Below are positions 9,191 through 16,357 of a stretch of 64,000 nt of DNA, in pieces. Made by a program: the position numbers and the translations under genes. Each line of letters begins with the position of its first letter. Within the stretch, counting starts at the first letter, position 1. The notes beneath the pieces are model-generated. The model did no database searches and had not been told where the DNA came from. It saw only the letters and a list, made by a program, of their open reading frames with translations. Source of the DNA: Sulfurimonadaceae bacterium (lineage in GTDB: Bacteria > Campylobacterota > Campylobacteria > Campylobacterales > Sulfurimonadaceae); the NCBI GenBank assembly GCA_041548245.1, contig JBFESZ010000002.1, positions 3,502 to 67,501 of the forward strand, in the 5' to 3' direction.

Positions 9191-10075
9191 TTGAATATTG
9201 ACCCAGCCTGTGTAGAATGTATTATCAAGCAGAGTAAACGTGTAGCTGATGCCATACATGCGGATGAAAAACTTACTAAAGAGATTGTCCAAGCGGTAGA
9301 AGCAATGGCTCCAGGATTTTCTTTTGAACAGAGCCCACCTGAAGTGGCTGCTGCAGTGTATGAGAAGATGGCACAGATCGCAGGAAAAGTAGACCTTTAT
9401 GATGAGGTCAAGAGACTTTCAACAGACAAAGCTCATAGTTTTATCCCTCATCTAGAAGAGAAGATAGCAGCTTCGTCCAAACCTCTTTTGACGGCAACTA
9501 AGGTGGCAGTTGCAGGAAATGTCATAGATCTGGCAGCGGAGTATGCCTTCGATCTGAATGAAGAACTTGAGAAGATATTTCATACGAATTTCGCCGTCAA
9601 TGATTTTGATAAACTTCAAGCGAGACTCTCCGAAGCTTCCACTCTTTTGTATATCGCTGACAATGCCGGCGAGCATATCTTTGACAAGATATATATCAAA
9701 GCGATCCTTTCGCTATATCCAGAACTTGAGATCTATTACATGACCAGGGGTAATGCGATTATCAATGATGTGACATACGAAGAAGCAAAGGAGGCAGGTT
9801 TTGATACAATCTGCCATCTGGTTAACAGCGGGGTTAACACTCCTGGTTTTGTATATTCAAGAGCCAATAAAGAAGCGCAAAGGCTTTTTGATACGGCAGA
9901 CCTTGTTCTGACTAAAGGCATGGGAAATTATGAATGTCTAAGCGATAAGGGACGAGAAGACCTTTTTTTTCTTTTAAAGGTAAAATGCAATGTCGTAGCC
10001 AACTCTTTAGGTCAAGAAGTCGGAGATATTATCTGTAAACGTTATGAACTCCAAACACCTTCGACAGAACGTTGA
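9191..10075 (+). CDS. DUF89 / ARMT1-like damage-control phosphatase family protein
   Basis: Motifs ADNAGEHIFD and KGMGNYE are typical of DUF89. N-terminal CxxC (CVEC). TTG start as given by the track, so the start is uncertain. Confidence 0.7.
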   Translation: MNIDPACVECIIKQSKRVADAIHADEKLTKEIVQAVEAMAPGFSFEQSPPEVAAAVYEKMAQIAGKVDLYDEVKRLSTDKAHSFIPHLEEKIAASSKPLLTATKVAVAGNVIDLAAEYAFDLNEELEKIFHTNFAVNDFDKLQARLSEASTLLYIADNAGEHIFDKIYIKAILSLYPELEIYYMTRGNAIINDVTYEEAKEAGFDTICHLVNSGVNTPGFVYSRANKEAQRLFDTADLVLTKGMGNYECLSDKGREDLFFLLKVKCNVVANSLGQEVGDIICKRYELQTPSTER

Positions 10076-11058
10076 CAAAAGGGACAAGTTCCATTTTGTA
10101 TATTCTTCTCAAAGATCTCTTCATTACGTCTTTGCATGAGCAGTCTCTGGCAGGAAGGGCAGTATGTCTCATTTAAAAAAGGGACATTACCAAAATAGAC
10201 GTAATGCAGACCTTGTGCAAGGGCTATCTCATAAGCATTCAAAAGGCTCTTTGTTGACGTGGCGGAGTATGAGAGCATCTGATTGTTAGGAAAAAAGGCA
10301 CTCAAATGCCATGGTATATGAGTGCCTAGTTCTTCATCAATAAAACGCGCAATGGAAGTAAGTTCATCGTCTGAATCATTGACACCATCAATAAGAAGTG
10401 TTGTGATTTCAAGCCAAAGGGAGCTTCGTGCTAGAATCTTCAGGTTTTGTTTTATCGCACTGAGATCTGCTCCCAGGATATTTTTATAATAGGCAGCATT
10501 AAAACTTTTTAGATCTACATGTACTCCATCAAGCCATGAAGGCATATCGTAAGCGATCTCTTCCGACATGTATCCGGAGGTCTGCATGACAAGTTTGATA
10601 CCTTTGTCTTTGGCAATACGGCCTATCTCTTTGGCATAAGGGTAATAGATGACAGGTTCATTATAGCCAAAGGATATGATCTTGATATTTTGTTCAAGCG
10701 CGAGCTTGACGATCTCAACAGGAGAAAGATAAAGAGGCTCGACATTATTAAAGTGTTGAGATATTTGATGATTTTGGCAGGATGGACAATGAAGGTTACA
10801 TCCGACAGTCCCGATACATAAGACAAGACTGCCTGGCAAAAAGTGCAAAAAAGGGCGATTTTCAATATAGTCGATACTGATTGCTGATGGCTTGTCTTTT
10901 GTTATGCCTATAAGTTCGTTATTGATGTTCTTTTGATTGGCACAACGACCGACTTCATTTGGCTTGAGTTGACAGTAGTGCTGGCAGATCAGGCAGGTGA
11001 TGTGGGTGTTGTGTCTTTCAAAATAGCGTAGAGGTTTATCGGAGTATAGGTTGGTCAC
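10042..11058 (-). CDS. AmmeMemoRadiSam system radical SAM enzyme
   Basis: CNLHCPSCQN is the CX3CX2C radical-SAM cluster motif. N-terminal Cys-rich ribbon (CLICQHYC...GRC) and C-terminal CPSC...CPFC. Lies directly downstream of an AMMECR1 gene with a 23-nt overlap. Confidence 0.8.
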   Translation of the reverse strand: MTNLYSDKPLRYFERHNTHITCLICQHYCQLKPNEVGRCANQKNINNELIGITKDKPSAISIDYIENRPFLHFLPGSLVLCIGTVGCNLHCPSCQNHQISQHFNNVEPLYLSPVEIVKLALEQNIKIISFGYNEPVIYYPYAKEIGRIAKDKGIKLVMQTSGYMSEEIAYDMPSWLDGVHVDLKSFNAAYYKNILGADLSAIKQNLKILARSSLWLEITTLLIDGVNDSDDELTSIARFIDEELGTHIPWHLSAFFPNNQMLSYSATSTKSLLNAYEIALAQGLHYVYFGNVPFLNETYCPSCQRLLMQRRNEEIFEKNIQNGTCPFCQRSVEGVWSS

Positions 11059-11599
11059 TTTGTTTCTCGACTTGGAATGTAAAGACTTTTGGATGTTTAT
11101 TCATCATCTCAGATGTTAGTCCGGCCTCTTGTAAGAGATGAGAAAAAAAGGCATCAAAACTATCGAGTTGATTCCAGATCTGAGGTAAAAAAGCAGCCTG
11201 TTTATCACCAAGAGTGATAATGAGGCCATCCATACCGCATCTTATCTGTTCTTTGATATCGGAGATACTCTGATAAGCGATCTCCTTCGGCTCTGTGAGT
11301 AAAGAGAGTTCAAGGCTGGCATGCAGATATTCCGAAGTCTTTAAGGGGGTAAACCTTCTGTCCTCAAAGGCCGCTGATTTCGCATTATGTATGATGTCAT
11401 CAAGTAGGGGCCGTGTAGGAATGATGGAACCCATCGAACCACGTAACTCATCATCAAGATAGATGGTGACGAAGGAAGCAATATGCTTTTTCAGAACAGG
11501 GAACTCTTTGTAGAGGTCTTCTTTCTTGATGGTGTTGTGTGCTTCAAAAACTTCCGTAATGGACTCTCGTGCAATTTTTAGAAGTAATGATTTGGACAT
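11036..11599 (-). CDS. AMMECR1 domain protein (AmmeMemoRadiSam system protein A)
   Basis: 187 aa with the AMMECR1 core ...FVTIYLDDELRGSMGSI...EDRRF. The classical LRGCIG motif reads LRGSMG here. Confidence 0.8.
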   Translation of the reverse strand: MSKSLLLKIARESITEVFEAHNTIKKEDLYKEFPVLKKHIASFVTIYLDDELRGSMGSIIPTRPLLDDIIHNAKSAAFEDRRFTPLKTSEYLHASLELSLLTEPKEIAYQSISDIKEQIRCGMDGLIITLGDKQAAFLPQIWNQLDSFDAFFSHLLQEAGLTSEMMNKHPKVFTFQVEKQSDQPILR

Positions 11600-11671
11600 G
11601 ATAAACCACCATCTTGGATTGAAAAATTTGTGTGATAAATCTATTATAGCGTAAAAGTTGAAATGCTTTTT

Positions 11672-12181
11672 TTATTTGAAATCATTCTCTTCCATGCAGG
11701 GGGCAGTCCCCTCGGAGACTCGGCAATACGAAGAGCCCTCATCAAAGATAAGAAGATAGGGACGTCGTTTCATCTTTAGCCCTTTAGCAGTTTTGGCTAT
11801 GTTATGGGTGATTTCGAGTGTCTCTTTTTTAACTTTGAAACTTTCTAGCAGGTCATAATCCTCATAGATCATAATATCTTTAAGTGCCTCTAGACGATCG
11901 GCAGATTGATAGATGTATTGTATATAGGTGTCGGAATGAAACTTTGGCAGTCTATAGAGAAAAATATAGTAGGAGTTCTTTATTTGAAGGTCTTTACGTT
12001 TACTGATGAGGTCGATAAAGAGCTGGGATTTGGAGCATAAAGGATCCACGAAAGTGTAGATTCTAGTTGGTCCTGAACCTATGCGAATCGCATATTTAGA
12101 GATAGAATCGACGAGCTTTTGATACTCATGTACAGCGAAGAGGTTAAGAACTAAGACAAGTAATATGGCGAAAGCTTTCAT
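11672..12181 (-). CDS. Secreted thioredoxin-fold-like hypothetical protein (CxxS)
   Basis: N-terminal signal peptide (MKAFAILLVLVLNLFA). FVDPLCSKSQ sits where DsbA/DsbC-like proteins carry CxxC. Fold assignment is tentative. Confidence 0.45.
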   Translation of the reverse strand: MKAFAILLVLVLNLFAVHEYQKLVDSISKYAIRIGSGPTRIYTFVDPLCSKSQLFIDLISKRKDLQIKNSYYIFLYRLPKFHSDTYIQYIYQSADRLEALKDIMIYEDYDLLESFKVKKETLEITHNIAKTAKGLKMKRRPYLLIFDEGSSYCRVSEGTAPCMEENDFK

Positions 12182-12244
12182 AATACACTTCTCCTAAACT
12201 CAATGATAGGACAAGATCTCTTGAAAAGTCTTCATTTTTTTCGG

Positions 12245-13141
12245 TTAATTCTCTTTTTTAAGACCGTAATATCTGTGCCTTTGGAGGATGACCTTTGCCC
12301 AAGATGTATGGGCAAATTTTTCTCCCATCTGCCCATCTTGAATAATAATGGCATCGGTATTTTTATCTAACATCTTTAAGGCCATAGCATACTCGTTAGG
12401 AGTGACTTTGTATGCTTCATTAATAGGAGCTATCTGATTGGGATGGATAATGGTTTTTCCTATAAGACCTTGACGAAGATCTTCGATGACATTCCGTTTA
12501 TAAAGCTCATGCTTGTCAATACAGTTGAAGACAGTCGCTGAGATATTGAAGCCGAAGGGTTTAAAGGTATTTATCACATCCGCGATAACTCTGGAGGGAG
12601 CGACAAGTTCATAGATACTGTCTTCACATCTGCGTTTGAGACCAAGGTATTGCATCAAATCCTCGCCTCCCAAACGAAGGCTTAAGATATCAAGGTTGGA
12701 GTCTAATAAAAAGGAACGGATTCTTTCAAGCTTTTCTTTACTAAAGATATCAAGGCTTTCAAGTACGGGCATGAGGTAAAATTGATGGCCTGATGTATGA
12801 ATGATTTGTGCGTATTCATACATGACTCCGGTTGAAAACTTAGGCAGAGAAAAACCATCTATTTGCTCAATGTTTTTAATCTTCAATAGACTTCTCAGTA
12901 CATCGGGATTGCGCGGGCGTATAAATACACAAAGTTCATTCGGCTGATAGTTCTTTAACATGTGAGTGATGTTTTCTATAGCAGTTTCGAGCTCTTTTTC
13001 ATCTATAGCATCTTCGGTATCTATAATACATGAACGCAGATCAGGATATTTATTCTCATTGCAGACAGCAGCGACATTTTTGTGGGTTGCGGGTATATAC
13101 AGAGTACCACCGAGTTGAATGGGAGATAAGTTTCGAATCAT
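12245..13141 (-). CDS. HpcH/HpaI aldolase / citrate lyase beta (CitE)-like family protein
   Basis: LYIPA..., IDTEDAI, LGGEDL and IHPNQI motifs in the order seen in CitE-like lyases. 298 aa. Confidence 0.6.
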   Translation of the reverse strand: MIRNLSPIQLGGTLYIPATHKNVAAVCNENKYPDLRSCIIDTEDAIDEKELETAIENITHMLKNYQPNELCVFIRPRNPDVLRSLLKIKNIEQIDGFSLPKFSTGVMYEYAQIIHTSGHQFYLMPVLESLDIFSKEKLERIRSFLLDSNLDILSLRLGGEDLMQYLGLKRRCEDSIYELVAPSRVIADVINTFKPFGFNISATVFNCIDKHELYKRNVIEDLRQGLIGKTIIHPNQIAPINEAYKVTPNEYAMALKMLDKNTDAIIIQDGQMGEKFAHTSWAKVILQRHRYYGLKKEN

Positions 13142-13177
13142 AGGAATATCTTAACAAATGAATGATAAAGTGAAGCT

Positions 13178-13408
13178 ATGAAAAAAATAATTTTAATACA
13201 GATGATACTTCTGTCCTCGTTGATGGCAGAAAAAGGGTTCGAACGGGTTATAGAAGAGTCTAAAGAAAAGGCTTGTGCACAAGCTAGAAAAAAGGCATAT
13301 CAATCGTATCATATCTTTCAGATGAATTCCGGATGCAGCTGTAAACAAACAGAGAGTAAGGAGTGGATGTGTGAGATATATTTTAACTTTAGCGGAAAAA
13401 GAGGTTAA
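13178..13408 (+). CDS. Small secreted Cys-containing hypothetical protein
   Basis: 76-aa ORF with a signal peptide (MKKIILIQMILLSSLMA) and 4 Cys in the mature part. No family recognised. Confidence 0.35.
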   Translation: MKKIILIQMILLSSLMAEKGFERVIEESKEKACAQARKKAYQSYHIFQMNSGCSCKQTESKEWMCEIYFNFSGKRG

Positions 13409-13501
13409 GAATTTTAAGTACAAATAAATAGAAATTAATGAATAATGGGGCGTTTTACAGGTCATTAGAGAATAATGACATTTCACACAGAAGGAATGTA
13501 T

Positions 13502-14692
13502 ATGAAAATTTTAGGGATGAGTATAGCACTTGCAGGAACACTTTTAGCCTCAGATTATAGTTATGAGGTATCACCAATGTTTGGAGGATTCCAGCCAGAA
13601 GACAAACTAAATATAGACAGACAGACAGCCTACGGTGCTCGCTTTCAGATGAATGATTATAATCTTTTCGGATTGGTACCGGAGCTCAGTTTTGATCGTA
13701 CAACTGATACAGACTACGACACACAAGTAGGCGATACCGTAATCAACCGTTATGGCTTTAATGGCTTGCATGACTTCAAAGATTTTAGTGATACTTTGGT
13801 ACCCTATTTCTTGGTCGGTCTTGGTTATGAAGATGTTAAAGATGAACCTCTCGTGAATTATGACAGTTCATTATATGTCAATTATGGAGGTGGTATAAAG
13901 TGGAAGGTTGTTGAAGACATTGCTCTTCGCGCTGAAGTGAAGCATCTTCTTCGTACCAATGACAGTGGGGATGAATTGTATTACGGCATAGGTTTGAGTA
14001 TTCCATTTGGTGAAAAAGCATCTGAGCCAGTAAAAGAAGAAGAACCTGCTCCAGTTGAGGAGGTAGTTGAAACAGCTCCTATGGACAGTGATAAAGATGG
14101 CGTCTCTGATGCCCAGGATAAATGTCCAAACACACCGGCTGGAAGATCGGTAGATGTGAACGGTTGTGAGTTTGATGGTGACAATGATGGTGTTGTTGAT
14201 GCTCAAGACAAATGTTCAAATACACCGGCTGGAAGATCAGTAGATACGAACGGATGTGAGATTGATAGTGATAAAGATGGCGTCGTTGACGGTTTGGATC
14301 AATGTCCGAACACGGTATCCGGGGTTAGTGTAGATGTGAACGGATGTGCAGAAAGCATTATTTTGGCAATCAAGTTTGAATACGCATCATCCAAGATCAA
14401 TGAGAAAGATTCACCGCAATTGAAAGAGTATGCAGACTTTATGAAGCGAAATAGTGCCTACGACGTAACTATAGTGGGTCACACAGATAGTATGGGTTCT
14501 GCTGAGTACAACCAAAAACTTTCTCAGGCAAGAGCAGATTCAGTCAAAGCGAACTTGGTCCGTAATGGCGTGGAAGCTTCTCGTATAAAAACAGCCGGTA
14601 AAGGTGAAGATGAGCCGATGGCGGATAACGGTACGGCAGAGGGAAGAGCAGAGAACCGCCGCATCGAAGCAAAATTGAAACTAAACGATTAA
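13502..14692 (+). CDS. OmpA-family outer membrane protein with thrombospondin type-3 (TSP3) Ca-binding repeats
   Basis: Signal peptide plus N-terminal beta-barrel-like region, three D-x-D-x-DG-x-D-x-x-D-x-CP TSP3 repeats, and a C-terminal OmpA_C domain (GHTDS.GS..YN..LS..RA, NRRIE). AGGA lies 6 nt before ATG 13502; the track starts at 13475. Confidence 0.85.
   Translation: MKILGMSIALAGTLLASDYSYEVSPMFGGFQPEDKLNIDRQTAYGARFQMNDYNLFGLVPELSFDRTTDTDYDTQVGDTVINRYGFNGLHDFKDFSDTLVPYFLVGLGYEDVKDEPLVNYDSSLYVNYGGGIKWKVVEDIALRAEVKHLLRTNDSGDELYYGIGLSIPFGEKASEPVKEEEPAPVEEVVETAPMDSDKDGVSDAQDKCPNTPAGRSVDVNGCEFDGDNDGVVDAQDKCSNTPAGRSVDTNGCEIDSDKDGVVDGLDQCPNTVSGVSVDVNGCAESIILAIKFEYASSKINEKDSPQLKEYADFMKRNSAYDVTIVGHTDSMGSAEYNQKLSQARADSVKANLVRNGVEASRIKTAGKGEDEPMADNGTAEGRAENRRIEAKLKLND
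14084..14347 (+). repeat. Three tandem ~90-nt coding repeats (TSP3 units) inside the OmpA-family gene
   Basis: DSDKDGVSDAQDKCPNTPAGRSVDVNGCEF / DGDNDGVVDAQDKCSNTPAGRSVDTNGCEI / DSDKDGVVDGLDQCPNTVSGVSVDVNGC. Units 1 and 2 are near-identical at the DNA level (acaccggctggaagatc[g/a]gtagat...). Confidence 0.85.
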
Positions 14693-14761
14693 GTGGGTTT
14701 CTTAGGGATGACCTTTAAGGTTTCCCTATAATCAATAATCTAAAGACGTTCATCTGAGATA

Positions 14762-15652
14762 TTAAAAAAGGTTTGCACGCTCTTTGAGATTTTTACAATA
14801 CTGCTTTGCTGCTTTAAGGTTTTCTTTCTTTTCGGCGTCGGCCAATGCATCAGGATTGACATTCTTTAGGTAATACTCTACATATTTGCAAAGATTCAGA
14901 TCACCCATAATGTGGGCATCTTTTTTAAACTTTTGTACCACGGCCGATTTTTCGGAATCGATAAAAAGTTTCTCATTGAATTCGTATCCAAAATAACTTA
15001 AAGACTGGGTGTATTGATAATCGAGTTTCTCTTTTACTGTCTTGAAAAAGTCCAGGAAGGATGCTTTGTGCTCAAGCTCAAAGTTTTGTAAAAGTGTCTG
15101 CACTTCATCAAGCTCATTGCGTCTTTGCCCTAAAAAGTGGACGGTATCAACATGTTCTCGGCGAAGCATCTTAAGGGAGTCTATTTTCTCTTTTGGTATA
15201 TCTTTGACAGCTGTGGTCTCTCGCATCTTCTGCATCTTTGCATTTTCTGCTTGAAGTCTTGTATGAAGGCTCTCCTCACTTGAGATAAGCATCTGGAGCT
15301 CAGCCTTAAGCGCATCATATTTCTTCTGTTGAGTGACATACTCATCTTGGGCATGCAGGAACTCTTTGTTATAGACTTGCATAGCATGTTTACTCTTCGC
15401 TCTAAACTCAGTATAGGCTTGATCAAGGGCTTGGATGATTTTAAATGAGCTGAGTAACTCGGCATTATAGATGGCTTGATCGAGGTCTTTCATCATCCCT
15501 GCAGCAGAAAAAATAAAATCTTTAAATACCGAATATTTAAAACTTTCATCGAAGTCAAATGAGATCATCATGAAATATTTTTTTACAAGTCTTACATCAT
15601 TCTGAAAAAATGAGAGAACGACATCTTTCTGCGGGGTTGTGAGATTTATCAT
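14762..15652 (-). CDS. Hypothetical cytoplasmic coiled-coil protein
   Basis: 296-aa ORF with no TM or signal peptide. Central heptad-rich, charged region (about residues 95-200). No family recognised. Confidence 0.55.
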   Translation of the reverse strand: MINLTTPQKDVVLSFFQNDVRLVKKYFMMISFDFDESFKYSVFKDFIFSAAGMMKDLDQAIYNAELLSSFKIIQALDQAYTEFRAKSKHAMQVYNKEFLHAQDEYVTQQKKYDALKAELQMLISSEESLHTRLQAENAKMQKMRETTAVKDIPKEKIDSLKMLRREHVDTVHFLGQRRNELDEVQTLLQNFELEHKASFLDFFKTVKEKLDYQYTQSLSYFGYEFNEKLFIDSEKSAVVQKFKKDAHIMGDLNLCKYVEYYLKNVNPDALADAEKKENLKAAKQYCKNLKERANLF

Positions 15653-15781
15653 ATCTGCCTCAAGTTAAATATAGGATATTTTAGCACAGAAAAGTTTTGA
15701 CTGAAAGATATTATGATGATTTATTAAAAATAGTTGCTCTTATCATGAGGCGAATATGAATAGAGAGGGTATAATTCCAAT

Positions 15782-16357
15782 ATGTCTCGAATTGATAATG
15801 AAGAATTTTATTCTGCTGCTATAAAAAAATATGGCGACTCCCCTAAGGGTGTGCACTGGAACTCTCTCTACTCTCAGAAAAAACGTTTTGAAGTACTTCT
15901 GTCGTGTATAGATGATCAGGGTTTTTCTATTGTGGATGTAGGTTGCGGGTTTGGTGATCTGTATCAGTATCTTATTGATAAAAAGATTGCCTTTACTCAT
16001 TATACCGGAGTGGATATAAGTCTGAGTATGCTAAAGATAGCAAAAGAGAAAACGGGCTGTGAAGTATTGGCCTGTGATGCTTGCAGAGATACCCTGCCTC
16101 GGGCAGACTACTACATCTGCAGCGGGGCGATGAATATCCTGAGCCGTTTTGAGACATATCTCTTCATACGAAACTGTTATGAAGCCTGTATAAAAGGGTT
16201 TGCTTTCAACCTTTTGATGGGAAAGGATGACTCTTTGGTCTATAACCATTTTTATCCGCAGGAACTGCAAGGACTTTTTGATGAACTAGGTGCAAAAGTT
16301 ATCCTAAAAAAGGGCTATTTAAAACATGACTTTACCATCTTTTTGGAGAAGTCCTAA
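15782..16357 (+). CDS. Class I SAM-dependent methyltransferase
   Basis: Motif I VDVGCGFGDL. 191 aa. Its stop overlaps the start of asnB (TAATG). Confidence 0.75.
   Translation: MSRIDNEEFYSAAIKKYGDSPKGVHWNSLYSQKKRFEVLLSCIDDQGFSIVDVGCGFGDLYQYLIDKKIAFTHYTGVDISLSMLKIAKEKTGCEVLACDACRDTLPRADYYICSGAMNILSRFETYLFIRNCYEACIKGFAFNLLMGKDDSLVYNHFYPQELQGLFDELGAKVILKKGYLKHDFTIFLEKS

Noticed and set aside
8873-9292. 139-aa minus-strand ORF across the 8625-9137 gene and the DUF89 start
   Set aside because: It is Ser/Leu-rich and antisense to a coiled-coil gene, and it would overlap two plus-strand genes.
14084-14347. Regularly spaced repeats that might suggest a CRISPR array
   Set aside because: The repeats are in-frame coding TSP3 units inside an OmpA-family gene. 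There are no unique spacers and no cas genes anywhere in the window.
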